A DNA stretch of 64,000 bases, from NCBI GenBank assembly GCA_902500715.1, contig CABVRO010000005.1, positions 975 to 64,974 of the forward strand, given 5' to 3'. The notes beneath the pieces are model-generated. The model did not search any database, was not told the origin of the DNA, and worked only from the letters and a program-made list of their open reading frames with translations. Positions 29,974-39,307 of this stretch are shown here, in pieces. Position numbers and translations under genes: made by a program. The DNA comes from an uncultured Nitrospira sp. GTDB taxonomy: Bacteria; Nitrospirota; Nitrospiria; Nitrospirales; Nitrospiraceae. Position 1 is the stretch's first letter. Every line of letters starts with the position of its first letter.

Positions 29974-31344
29974 TTAGCCGCGCCCCCGCTCGATGTGAGC
30001 CAGCATGTCGGCGTTCGATGCAAACTTAAACTCTCCGATCGCATCGGGAGAGGCGGCATGAGCTTTCTCCACTGCATCCAGGACCTTGAGTCCATCGAGG
30101 TCTACCGGCCGGCTTTTGCGTTCTTTAAGGATGGTGTGAAGTTTCGCGAGCACTCCATCCATCGTTCTTCGTGAGCGTGTCGCTTGAGTCGTCAGGTAAC
30201 GGGTGATCACTTCCGCGCACCAGTCCCCGTCCCGCTTGGCGATTCCCACCAGACCTTCACTGGCTTTGCGTGCCCAGCCGGCGAGAAAGACGCCCTCAAC
30301 GATCTGTCCTGATTTCTCGTCATAGGCTTGGAAGAGGGCATCGTCCGGATCGTTTCCGGTCTTGTTCGGGTTGGTCACGTAGACGCCGTTCTTATACGGG
30401 AGCCCCACGGTTTCATCAACCCGGTCGCCCACGGCGAACACCACGCTGTCGACAGGGAACTCGTACAATTGTTTGAGCCCGACGGCGGCGGTGTCGTCCC
30501 CTTTCGGTTCCAGCTTATTGTCTTCCATCTCGAGCGCGCGGACGCGATTGTGGCCGTCGACCAGTACGCGCTTCGGGGAGGCCAGAAAGCGAAAGCCCAT
30601 CTTGGAGGGGCTGCCAGTCGGTTCACATTTGGTGAATTCTGCGGTCATGCTCGTCAGCACTTCGTCGGCATTCTGACCGACTGCGGCCAGCCTGTCCTTG
30701 ATGCGGGCGAACTCTGCGGCGATGCCGTCCTGATCCATGTTCGAGCAGACAGCCCGGATTTCTTTCGGATTGTATTTCCGCTCGACCGGCCCGCGTCGCG
30801 CGATAGCGGTGACACGCTCCACCTTCTTATACTTGATCAACCAGTGGGCGATGTCGACCATGACGTCGCCGACGCCGATAATGGCGACATGTTTTCCCAT
30901 GTCGAACGGACGGTCGCCGAAGCCCGGCAGGCGATTGAAGTGGTACACCACATCCTTGGCATGGAAGACGCCCTTGGCGGAATCTCCTTCGACCCCGATG
31001 GCTTTTGTCCCCTGGGCGCCGATCGAGAAGGCGACGGCGCTGGCCCCCAATCCGCGCAAATCTTCAACCGTGAGGTCCTTACCCTGCCCGACTGAGACGT
31101 TGCCGAAGTAGTGGACATTGGGCTGCTCGAGCATGTCCCAATATTGTTTCTTCAACCCACCGCGCAGTTTGAGCTTGCTGGGGAAGATCCCGTACTCCGC
31201 CAACCCGCCGAACTTGATGTCGCGATTGAGAATGACGACCTCGTGGCCCGCATCCGCCATCCTCTTGGCCAGGGCCATTCCAGCCGGGCCTGCGCCCACG
31301 ACGATGACGACATGCCCGCTTGTCTCAGAACCGGTTGCGCTCAT
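29974..31344 (-). CDS. FAD-dependent ferredoxin:NADP+ reductase (adrenodoxin reductase/FprA-like)
   Basis: GAGPAG FAD motif, GGLAEYG, YFGNVSVG, IGVGDV NADP motif, RRGP, and GWARKASEG. Confidence 0.8.
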   Translation of the reverse strand: MSATGSETSGHVVIVVGAGPAGMALAKRMADAGHEVVILNRDIKFGGLAEYGIFPSKLKLRGGLKKQYWDMLEQPNVHYFGNVSVGQGKDLTVEDLRGLGASAVAFSIGAQGTKAIGVEGDSAKGVFHAKDVVYHFNRLPGFGDRPFDMGKHVAIIGVGDVMVDIAHWLIKYKKVERVTAIARRGPVERKYNPKEIRAVCSNMDQDGIAAEFARIKDRLAAVGQNADEVLTSMTAEFTKCEPTGSPSKMGFRFLASPKRVLVDGHNRVRALEMEDNKLEPKGDDTAAVGLKQLYEFPVDSVVFAVGDRVDETVGLPYKNGVYVTNPNKTGNDPDDALFQAYDEKSGQIVEGVFLAGWARKASEGLVGIAKRDGDWCAEVITRYLTTQATRSRRTMDGVLAKLHTILKERKSRPVDLDGLKVLDAVEKAHAASPDAIGEFKFASNADMLAHIERGRG

Positions 31345-31425
31345 TATCTACCCTTCAATCTATATCGAAAGTGAGTCAGTACTGACGAAGACCGTCGAAC
31401 GGTCGAAAGTTTAAAAATTTTGCGC

Positions 31426-31455
31426 ACGTTAGCACAGGGTTCCTCGGGCTGTCAA
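31426..31455 (-). promoter_or_regulatory. Possible sigma70 promoter for the FNR-like gene (TTGACA-N18-TAACGT)
   Basis: Hexamers upstream of ATG 31344. Confidence 0.5.
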
Positions 31456-31526
31456 AATCGCCGACCGCCCCGGTGAAACCAGGTGTGGCCGGATTGCGAT
31501 GCCCGATGAGCCGGTCCGGCAGTCGT

Positions 31527-32981
31527 CTACCCGCCTGCACTGCCGACCGGTCCGCCGGCCTGCGTCATCCGCCACGGATCGAGGAGTTGCGTGAGCCGCT
31601 TTTCAGGCAACACGTTTTGTTCGCGAGCCACTTCCCGGACGGTCTTGCCGGATTTATAGGCATCCTTGGCGAGTTTTGCGGCCGCCTCGTAGCCGATCAC
31701 CGGCGCGAGCGCCGTGCACATGGCGAGACTTTCTTCGATCAAACTCTTGCAGCGTTCCTCGTTCGCCTTGATGCCTTCAATGCATTTCACCGCAAAGTTC
31801 GTCGAGGCCGTTGCCAGCAACTCGATGGACTGCAGCAGGTTGTAGGCCATCACCGGCAGCATCACGATCAACTCGAAATTAGCCGCCTGGCCGCCGACGG
31901 TGATCGTGACGTCATTGCCGATCACCTGGGCGCAGACCATGGTGACGGATTCCGCAATGACCGGATTGACTTTGCCCGGCATGATGGATGAGCCCGGCTG
32001 GGTTTCCGGAAGATTGATCTCGCCGAGTCCGCAGCGCGGACCTGACCCGAGCCAGCGGATGTCGTTGGCGATCTTCATCAGGCTGACTGCCAGGGTGCGC
32101 AATTCCCCACTGGCCTCGACCAATGAGTCCTGGGCGGACTGTCCTTCGAAGTGGTTGACGGCTTCCTTGAACGCGCAGCCCGTCTCCTTCGAAATGATGG
32201 CCATGACCTTGCCGGCGAATTTCGGATGACAGTTGAGTCCGGTACCGACGGCAGTGCCTCCCAGGGCCACTTCGCTGAGAACCGCTTGAGCCCGCTTCAT
32301 CCGAGCGATGCCCAATTCAATTTGTCTGGCGTAGCCGCCGAATTCCTGTCCCAGCCGGACCGGCGTCGCATCCTGCAAGTGGGTCCGGCCGATCTTGACG
32401 ATTTTATCGAACTCGCGGGCTTTGCCGTTGATCGCCTTATGCAGCCGAGTGAGCGCGGGAATCAATTGCCGTTGAATGGTCTCCGAGGCCGCAATGTGGA
32501 TGGCGGTCGGAACCACATCGTTGCTCGATTGGCCCAGGTTCACATGGTCGTTCGGGTGCACCAGTTTGCTGCCTCTGGCGCCGCCGAGCAGTTCCGTGGC
32601 CCGGTTGGAGATGACTTCGTTGGTGTTCATATTGGTCGAGGTGCCGGAGCCGGTTTGGAAAATATCGACCGGGAATTCGGCATCCAGGCGTCCTTCCACA
32701 ACTTCGGTGGCGGCCCGAACGATGGCGTCCGCGGGCTTCTTGTCGAGCAGTTTCAACGAATGATTCACCGAAGCGGCGGCACGTTTGATGAGTCCCATGG
32801 CCCGGATCATCGCGCGGGGAATACGAAGCGAGCTGATCGGGAAGTTCTCGATCGCCCGGGCGGTCTGGACCCCGTAATAAGCATTGGAGGGAACCGGCAG
32901 TTCACCCATTGTGTCGCGCTCCATGCGTGTGGAGGTGGTCATGGATGCGGCGGTGCCGGTTGTGCGCGAAGCGTTCTTCAT
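31527..32981 (-). CDS. fumC: Class II fumarate hydratase
   Basis: RMERDTMG, FQTGSGTSTNMN, GRTHLQDA and GSSIMPGKVNP motifs; GGAG RBS before ATG 32981. Confidence 0.95.
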   Translation of the reverse strand: MKNASRTTGTAASMTTSTRMERDTMGELPVPSNAYYGVQTARAIENFPISSLRIPRAMIRAMGLIKRAAASVNHSLKLLDKKPADAIVRAATEVVEGRLDAEFPVDIFQTGSGTSTNMNTNEVISNRATELLGGARGSKLVHPNDHVNLGQSSNDVVPTAIHIAASETIQRQLIPALTRLHKAINGKAREFDKIVKIGRTHLQDATPVRLGQEFGGYARQIELGIARMKRAQAVLSEVALGGTAVGTGLNCHPKFAGKVMAIISKETGCAFKEAVNHFEGQSAQDSLVEASGELRTLAVSLMKIANDIRWLGSGPRCGLGEINLPETQPGSSIMPGKVNPVIAESVTMVCAQVIGNDVTITVGGQAANFELIVMLPVMAYNLLQSIELLATASTNFAVKCIEGIKANEERCKSLIEESLAMCTALAPVIGYEAAAKLAKDAYKSGKTVREVAREQNVLPEKRLTQLLDPWRMTQAGGPVGSAGG

Positions 32982-33161
32982 CGTCGGGTCTCCTCGAATA
33001 GCTGGCAGTTGACGTGTTGGAGCCGCGCATCTTAAACGGTCCCCGTGCGGAAGCACAAGCATGGCTGCCCCCGGGAGCGGAAATTGCGCTCGCCCGTTCG
33101 TGAACCAAACGGCCGGAGCAGACAGTGAGATGGTGATGCGATGGCAGGGAGGGTGGAACTG

Positions 33162-33187
33162 AAAAGGCCCGCCGGGGGGCGGGCCTT
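33162..33187 (-). terminator. Intrinsic terminator of hsp20
   Basis: On the minus strand: AAGGCCCGCC-cccc-GGCGGGCCTT followed by TTC. Confidence 0.7.
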
Positions 33188-33210
33188 CCTTCCCATGGCA
33201 CCCGATGTCG

Positions 33211-33666
33211 TTAGGAGATCTTGACGTCGATCTGTTTCGGTTTCGCTTTTTCCGATTTCGGGAGATGCAGGTGCAGAACACCCTCCGTATATTCTGCTTT
33301 CACCTTGCTCTCGTCGACCGAATCGGGAAGTGTGAAGCTCCTGACAAACCGACCGTACGACCGTTCGATACGATGGTACTTCTTACCCTTTTCTTCCTTT
33401 TCCTGTTTCCGCTCACCCTGAATGGTGAGGACCGCATCTTCGACCGTGACCTTCACATCTTCTTTCTTGACCTCGGGAAGCTCAGCCTTAATGGCATACT
33501 CGCTCTCGGTTTCGCTGATGTCGACGGTCGGAGTCCAGTCGGCAACGGTCATGACTTCCTTCCCCTGTCCGGTAGCCGTGCCGGTTGAGGGTCGCGCAAT
33601 CATCCGGTTCAACCGGTCGGACATCTCCTCCAATTCCCTGAACGGATCCCATCGTACAATCGCCAT
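33211..33666 (-). CDS. Hsp20/alpha-crystallin small heat shock protein
   Basis: RWDPFREL, VDISET, ELPEV, ERSYGRFVRSFTLP and C-terminal IDVK; AAGGAGG RBS. Confidence 0.95.
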   Translation of the reverse strand: MAIVRWDPFRELEEMSDRLNRMIARPSTGTATGQGKEVMTVADWTPTVDISETESEYAIKAELPEVKKEDVKVTVEDAVLTIQGERKQEKEEKGKKYHRIERSYGRFVRSFTLPDSVDESKVKAEYTEGVLHLHLPKSEKAKPKQIDVKIS

Positions 33667-33848
33667 GGTGGAACCTCCTTGTGTGGATGTGTTGACGCTG
33701 TTCCCTTGGGACATCCTACGTACTAGAAAGGAGGTAATCTTCACGAAGCTGAAGTCAAGGCCCGCGCCGGAAGAGTTAAAGGCGGTGACGGGGTCTTGAC
33801 ATTGGGACCCACGGCATTATTTAGTAGCCCCCTTCACACAGGGAGGCG

Positions 33849-33944
33849 ATGACCATGCTGGAATACATGTCTTATGCGCTGCTCGGCGGTATCATGTTTG
33901 TGACATCGATTGTCTTGTGGTGGTTCATCGGTCGCACTGAGTAG
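33849..33944 (+). CDS. Small single-transmembrane protein, 31 aa (MTMLEYMSYALLGGIMFVTSIVLWWFIGRTE)
   Basis: GGAGG RBS, upstream TTGACA-N16-TATTTT (33796-33823), one hydrophobic helix. Below the ORF-track cutoff. Confidence 0.6.
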   Translation: MTMLEYMSYALLGGIMFVTSIVLWWFIGRTE

Positions 33945-33955
33945 CTGTTCCTCGA

Positions 33956-35089
33956 CTACCGTTTGTCGATCGGCACATAGTGCCGGTCGTGTTCGCCGGA
34001 ATAGATCTGGTCGGGTCGATAAAGCTTGTTCTCCCGCAGTTGCTCCAGCCAATGCGCCAGCCACCCGCTCACTCGCGCCATGGCGAAGAGCGGCGTAAAG
34101 AGATCCATCTCGATGCCCATCTTGTCGTAGATGATACCGGAGTAAAAGTCGACGTTCGGGTATATTCCCTTGTCCTTCAGTCGTTCACCCGCGAGTTGCT
34201 CCACCGCCACCGCCACTTCATACAGCGGGGACGTTCCGCAGACGTTGAAGAGACGCATGCAGAGGTCCTGTAGCACGGTCGCGCGCGGATCTTTCACCTT
34301 GTAGACCCGGTGCCCAAACCCCATGAGTTTGTTCTTGCCTTGGAGCCGAGCCTCGACCGCCGACTTGGCCTGGGCCGGAGTGCCGATTTCCCGCAACATC
34401 ATGACCACTTCTTCGTTGGCACCGCCGTGCAGTGGTCCTTTTAAGGCGCCGATCGACGACGCCACCACGGTGTACGGGTCAGCCAGAGTCGAGGCCGTGA
34501 CCATGCCGGCAAAGGTCGACGCGTTCATCGTATGTTCGGCGTGGAGAATCAAACAGTCGTCGAAGACTTCGCTCCACAGCGGATGCGGAACGGTTTCGGT
34601 CAGCATGTAGAGAAAGTTATCGGAAAACGGCAAATCGTCCCGCGGCGGGATGTACTCGTCCCCGCGTCTCAGGCGCGCCCAGGCCGCCACGATGGTGGGG
34701 AGTTTGGCGATCAGCCTCACCGCCGACCAGTAGTTGTTGGCCAGGTCCTTCACATTGCGGCCCGGATAGAACATGCCGAGTGCCGCGACCGCTGCCTGCA
34801 ACGCATCCATAGGATGCCCATGCTCGGGCATGACCTTCAATAGATCGACGATGCGGAATTTGATGCGTCGATGGTGCGTGACGTCATCGACCCATTGTGT
34901 GAGCTCAGGCGCAGTCGGCAATCGACCGAACAGCAGCAGATAACTCGTTTCGAGAAACGACGAGTGCTGGCAGAGTTCCTCGACGCGGATGCCGCGATAT
35001 TCGAGCACGCCTCGCGTTCCATCGACATCGCTGATCGCCGATTTTGCGGCAGGCACACCGGCAAGCCCCGGCATGAAGTCGTGCGGCAT
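33956..35089 (-). CDS. gltA: Citrate synthase (short type)
   Basis: HAEHTMNAST, GPLHGGAN, GFGHRVYK..DPRA and YPNVDFYSG motifs. Confidence 0.95.
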   Translation of the reverse strand: MPHDFMPGLAGVPAAKSAISDVDGTRGVLEYRGIRVEELCQHSSFLETSYLLLFGRLPTAPELTQWVDDVTHHRRIKFRIVDLLKVMPEHGHPMDALQAAVAALGMFYPGRNVKDLANNYWSAVRLIAKLPTIVAAWARLRRGDEYIPPRDDLPFSDNFLYMLTETVPHPLWSEVFDDCLILHAEHTMNASTFAGMVTASTLADPYTVVASSIGALKGPLHGGANEEVVMMLREIGTPAQAKSAVEARLQGKNKLMGFGHRVYKVKDPRATVLQDLCMRLFNVCGTSPLYEVAVAVEQLAGERLKDKGIYPNVDFYSGIIYDKMGIEMDLFTPLFAMARVSGWLAHWLEQLRENKLYRPDQIYSGEHDRHYVPIDKR

Positions 35090-35313
35090 AGTCTCGCTCT
35101 CCTCTCTTCAACAACACGAATGATGATCCACCACGTATGCATCCGGCGCCTGGAGATGCCTTCCCTCGTGCCGCTGTTTCGACGCCACTGCCCGCACACG
35201 TGCCTGGCTGAGCTTACCATGATCGGCGGTGCGGACTCAGCTCCCACCTTGAATTGGTGCGGCCTGCTTGGCATACTCACTCGAACGACGTGTGACTCTC
35301 TATGAGGCATTGA

Positions 35314-35550
35314 GTGACAGGTGTGACACGGATTCTTGTGCTGCTCGGGCTTCTGGTGCTGGGTGTGGCCTTGTTCATGCTCGGGCGCGACGAGCGGCCG
35401 GCAGCCGTTCCCATCGAACCACGCATCGGGCGCAGCACCTTGAGTCACGGCGGGCCCGGCGCAGGATCTATCCCGATCGCGCCCGCGGAAGCCCCGTCCG
35501 CAAATCCCCGGGTCCCTTCCAATCAGTCTCCGTACGCAACCACGAGGTGA
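35314..35550 (+). CDS. Small membrane-anchored Pro-rich hypothetical protein
   Basis: N-terminal TM segment and low-complexity tail; 3 bp from the next gene. Confidence 0.5.
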   Translation: MTGVTRILVLLGLLVLGVALFMLGRDERPAAVPIEPRIGRSTLSHGGPGAGSIPIAPAEAPSANPRVPSNQSPYATTR

Positions 35551-35553
35551 GGC

Positions 35554-35943
35554 ATGAGCTGGTTCCGCTTGCGGGCGTGGGGAATCGTGACATGGGCGAC
35601 ACTGAGTCTGTTTGCCCCTGCCTGGGCCGATGACGACACGGTTGTATTTGCCGTCGTCAGCGATGTCCCGAAAGACAGGTTGCGCGTGTCGGCCAAGGCG
35701 CTACTTGACGGTGCCGTCTCCGACATGAAACTTCTGCCGGGAGAATCGATCCTCGGGAATCCGGTCTGGCGCACCCTGGAAGTCTGTCATGCGCTCAAGC
35801 TTGAAGGAACGAAGACAGGAGACGGATTCAAGGTCACCGTGGCACGGGTTCTCGATGCCAGCATGCTGCCGATGGCGCTGCAGGGATATGCCGGGGATTG
35901 CTTGATTAAGAAGGCGGTGGAAATCGCGCCGTTGGCGGATTGA
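35554..35943 (+). CDS. Exported hypothetical protein with two Cys
   Basis: Signal peptide (AWA cleavage) and GAGG RBS; natural composition. Confidence 0.7.
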   Translation: MSWFRLRAWGIVTWATLSLFAPAWADDDTVVFAVVSDVPKDRLRVSAKALLDGAVSDMKLLPGESILGNPVWRTLEVCHALKLEGTKTGDGFKVTVARVLDASMLPMALQGYAGDCLIKKAVEIAPLAD

Positions 35944-35950
35944 ATGGAGT

Positions 35951-36012
35951 AGTGGTGAGTCATAAGTCTAGAGGTATCACTCACCACTCACGACTGAGCA
36001 CTCAGCACTTCC
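35951..36012. repeat. Hairpin (AGTGGTGAGT / ACTCACCACT) overlapping a degenerate 7-bp tandem array (CACTCAC CACTCAC GACTGAG CACTCAG CACTTCC)
   Basis: Seen directly, between convergent genes. Confidence 0.55.
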
Positions 36013-36013
36013 T

Positions 36014-36388
36014 TTAGCGGCAATCGGGACAGACGGTCGGTTCCTCGTCGGCGTCGCATTCGTCGGCCGTGAGCGGAAAAAATTGCTCGCACTGCCGGCA
36101 AGTGCGGATTTCGAAATACGCCACCCCCTGCTCGTCGATCTCGGTGGGGAGTAGGAGTTCAAAGGGATCATAGCCCAGTTTGACCTCGTCCTCGAAGCGA
36201 ATGATGGCCAGTCGATCATTGAACACTTCAAAGGTGGCTTCCTTGCCTTTCCGTTCCAGCCGGTGTCCGACGACAAACACGGGTTGCCCCTTGCGTTTGG
36301 TGCGCAGATCTTTCAAGGTGCGTTGCGACGCTGACGCACAGGAAAATTTGCCGGCCTGGTCGCTGGTGTCGGTTCCGAAAATTGGCAT
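36014..36388 (-). CDS. Hypothetical protein with C-terminal zinc ribbon
   Basis: CRQC...CPDC pair of CxxC motifs. Confidence 0.7.
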   Translation of the reverse strand: MPIFGTDTSDQAGKFSCASASQRTLKDLRTKRKGQPVFVVGHRLERKGKEATFEVFNDRLAIIRFEDEVKLGYDPFELLLPTEIDEQGVAYFEIRTCRQCEQFFPLTADECDADEEPTVCPDCR

Positions 36389-36405
36389 AGGTCAACAGTA
36401 TCTCT

Positions 36406-36601
36406 TTAGCCCGCATTAATCATGACGGTTCGTTGCGAAATCGCCGAGTCATGTCGCGAGACCGGCGCGCGGAGCCGGGAGGACCCGACGCGTACTTGTG
36501 CAGTACGTTGAGGGTCCGAGGGGCGAGCCCGCCGGCCGAAGGCCCGTCGCAGCAGTGAATCGACGATTGCAGCAGAAGTGATCATGAATAATGCGGGTTA
36601 G
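36406..36601. mobile_element. MITE-like element, family A (second copy)
   Basis: 20-bp TIR (TTAGCCCGCATTAATCATGA vs TCATGAATAATGCGGGTTAG) resembling the 4687 TIR; central CGTAC-N7-GTACG. Confidence 0.68.
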
Positions 36602-36679
36602 GGTGAAGTCTCCTGTGTCCATGTAACACAGGTCAAAAATTTGCGTCAAGGGAAGCTCCTAAGAAGAGAGGCTGAAAGC

Positions 36680-37030
36680 ATGACGGAGATCACGATTTAT
36701 CAGAAACCTACCTGTTCAACCTGCCGCGAGGCCGTCCGGATTGTGCGTGAAAGCGGGCAACCGTTTAAGGCGATCAATTATTATGAGCAACCCTTCACGA
36801 AGAGCCGACTCAAGGCCCTGCTGAAGAAAGCCGGACTGACGGCGCGTGAAGTCTTGCGCACGAAAGAAGATCTCTACAAGTCGCTGAAGCTGTCCGATCC
36901 GACGCTGAGCGAGGACCATGTGCTCGACCTGATGGTCCTGCATCCGGATTTGATCCAGCGTCCGCTCGTCGAGAAGGGCGACAAGGCCATGCTGGCGCGC
37001 CCCGCGGACACGGTCACTCAGATGCTGTGA
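36680..37030 (+). CDS. ArsC/Spx/MgsR family thioredoxin-fold protein
   Basis: IYQKPTCSTCR and HPDLIQRP motifs. Confidence 0.88.
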   Translation: MTEITIYQKPTCSTCREAVRIVRESGQPFKAINYYEQPFTKSRLKALLKKAGLTAREVLRTKEDLYKSLKLSDPTLSEDHVLDLMVLHPDLIQRPLVEKGDKAMLARPADTVTQML

Positions 37031-37101
37031 GCGTGTAAGGCAAATGGGACGCCGGCGCCTCGCAGCGGGGGCGCCGGCGGGTATGACGGAGGACCGGACC
37101 T

Positions 37102-37344
37102 ATGTTCGCATTCAGTTCCGTTGATCGCGTGTCGCTGCTCGGGCGCATGCTGCAGCGGCTCAATCTTCGCTTTCCGTCTCTCTTTGTGTTGTTCGTCGTC
37201 CTTACCCTGGCGGACATTATTGTGCCGGACGTGATTCCGCTGGCCGACGAAATCGGCCTGGCCCTGCTGACATTGTTGCTGGGGTTGTGGAAGGACCGCC
37301 GGACTCACAGCCGGGCCCAGTCCGCACGCGGCGCGACGCGGTAA
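37102..37344 (+). CDS. Small membrane protein (DUF6116-like)
   Basis: LRFP.LF...PD.IP..DEI pattern; GGAGG RBS. Confidence 0.65.
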   Translation: MFAFSSVDRVSLLGRMLQRLNLRFPSLFVLFVVLTLADIIVPDVIPLADEIGLALLTLLLGLWKDRRTHSRAQSARGATR

Positions 37345-37353
37345 ACGCGGGGC

Positions 37354-38559
37354 TCAGGGATGATCGAGATGGCCGAAGCGGAGTTTGCCGAGCTGAGGGT
37401 CGATCCATACCTTCAGATCGCCGGATAAGACGCTGAGGAGTGTTTCTCCGACCAGTTGCCGCCGCCATCCCCGCAAGACGGGAATGTCCATCTCCTCCAC
37501 CGGCGAGGGCCGTTCCACTAGGGCCTGCAAGTCACCGGTGGTCGCGATCAACGTCGGGGCAATGTTTTCCACGGAGGCACGCGACTTCAGCACCGCCTGC
37601 AGCAACTCCAGTACCCCGGTGGACTCGGGGTCGGGTTTGCGATCGCGCGGAACCTCGGGCCATTCGGATTCCGGTCGTGCCAAGGCCTGCTGCATGGTGG
37701 CGAGAAGCGCCTGCCCGTTCCGTTCGACTTCCGACGAATACATCCCCCGCATGCCGCGCAACTGATCCAACGTGCGCGGTGTTTGACGGGCCAATTGTAC
37801 CAATACCTCGTCCCGCATCACTCGTCCCCGCGGGACATTGCGGCGCCGGGCCTCCCCTTCACGCCAGGCGGCAAGGTCGCGCAGGACGCCGGCCGCGCGC
37901 GGTTTCAGGCTATCCCATCCACGGATGCGCTGATATCGCTCCTGCGGGTCCCGCGCCTGCGCGCCGAGAGAGACTTCCAGGCGGGCGAATTCCTCATCCA
38001 CCCACTTCGAGCGACCCATCACGGACAATTTCTGCCGGAGATGCCGGTGCACCGGCAGTAGAAAGGTCACGTCGTCCAGAGCATAGACCAGCTGCTCCCG
38101 GCTCAACGGCCGCTGGCTCCAATTCGTAAACGTATGCGCCTTGTCGAGTTTCACACCCTGGACGCGCTGGACCAGATTGGCATAGGCGGTCTGCGCGCCG
38201 TATCCGACCATGGCGGCGGCGATTTGCGTATCGAAGAACGGCTTCGGCAGACGTCCGGCATGGTGGGCAAACAATTCCAGGTCCTGCCGTCCCGCATGGA
38301 GCACCTTTTCGATGCGGGCATCGCAGACGATCTCCCAGAATCGGACCATCGGCGCGGTCTCTTGCACGGCGGGAAAATCGATAACCGCCGCCACCCCTTC
38401 CGCCGCGACTTGAATCAACTCCAGGCGGGGTATGAAATGCTCCTCCCCCATAAACTCGGTATCGATGGCAATGACCGAACTGTCGATGAGGCGATCACAG
38501 AGGGCATCGAGCGCATCGTCGGAGGTAATGAACGTTTGATCCGGTTCCAGTGTGGCCAT
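37354..38559 (-). CDS. rnd: Ribonuclease D
   Basis: DEDDy exonuclease motifs (IDTEF, HAGRQD, FDTQIAA, WSQRPL...YALDD) plus an HRDC domain. Confidence 0.93.
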   Translation of the reverse strand: MATLEPDQTFITSDDALDALCDRLIDSSVIAIDTEFMGEEHFIPRLELIQVAAEGVAAVIDFPAVQETAPMVRFWEIVCDARIEKVLHAGRQDLELFAHHAGRLPKPFFDTQIAAAMVGYGAQTAYANLVQRVQGVKLDKAHTFTNWSQRPLSREQLVYALDDVTFLLPVHRHLRQKLSVMGRSKWVDEEFARLEVSLGAQARDPQERYQRIRGWDSLKPRAAGVLRDLAAWREGEARRRNVPRGRVMRDEVLVQLARQTPRTLDQLRGMRGMYSSEVERNGQALLATMQQALARPESEWPEVPRDRKPDPESTGVLELLQAVLKSRASVENIAPTLIATTGDLQALVERPSPVEEMDIPVLRGWRRQLVGETLLSVLSGDLKVWIDPQLGKLRFGHLDHP

Positions 38560-38562
38560 GGG

Positions 38563-39192
38563 TTACTCGGTGGGACGATATTCCGCTCCGCGTGAAATCG
38601 GCGGTTCGGTGTTGCTCAGGCTCAAGTACTCTTTGAGGAATTGATAGGCTTCGAGGATGCGCCGGAGTTCTGGTTCTGAACTGCGGTCGCCGTTGCGGGC
38701 ATCGGGGTGGAGTTCCTTGGCGCGTTGACGGAAGGAGGTGGTCACATCGGCGAGCGGAGTGCCGAACTCGAGACCCAGAATCTGATACGCATCGTACGCA
38801 TTGGTGACTTCATTGGTCGCGCCGGTTGGACTTCCCTCCCCTCCCGCGGCTTTGAGGAAGTCGGCCAGATTGATTTTTCGGCGCCGTCGGCGCGGACGTT
38901 CCCGAATTTCGCTGTCGAGTTCGTCCCAGCGGTCTTCGACGAACTCCAATCGTGACTCCAGCCGAACGGCGCCCGAGACATCCCTCACCAGGTCCAATTC
39001 GTCTTCGATCTGATGCAGCGACCGTTCGACCTCTTCGAGCCCCGGCTCGATGCGGAAGTAACTGTCGACCCGTTCCTGCATCATGAAATCGACGGCAAAT
39101 TCCATGCTGTCGATGTTCTTGGCGCGTAACATGCCGATGCGCCGCCGCATGCCTCGCTGATATTTAAACAGGCGGTTGGTTGAAAAGGCCAC
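38563..39192 (-). CDS. J-domain (DnaJ class C) protein with N-terminal coiled coil
   Basis: C-terminal AYQILGL...AKELHPD...EAYQFL; GAGGA RBS before the GTG. Confidence 0.8.
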   Translation of the reverse strand: MAFSTNRLFKYQRGMRRRIGMLRAKNIDSMEFAVDFMMQERVDSYFRIEPGLEEVERSLHQIEDELDLVRDVSGAVRLESRLEFVEDRWDELDSEIRERPRRRRRKINLADFLKAAGGEGSPTGATNEVTNAYDAYQILGLEFGTPLADVTTSFRQRAKELHPDARNGDRSSEPELRRILEAYQFLKEYLSLSNTEPPISRGAEYRPTE

Positions 39193-39307
39193 AAGTCCTC
39201 GTGAGGCGCGACTCTCCGGGGTTCCGGCAGAGTTGCGCGCATCTTAGCACAACCGTTTGCGCTTCGATAAGAGCGGAACGTGCGGGTTTGGGGACAGGAT
39301 GGGAGAG

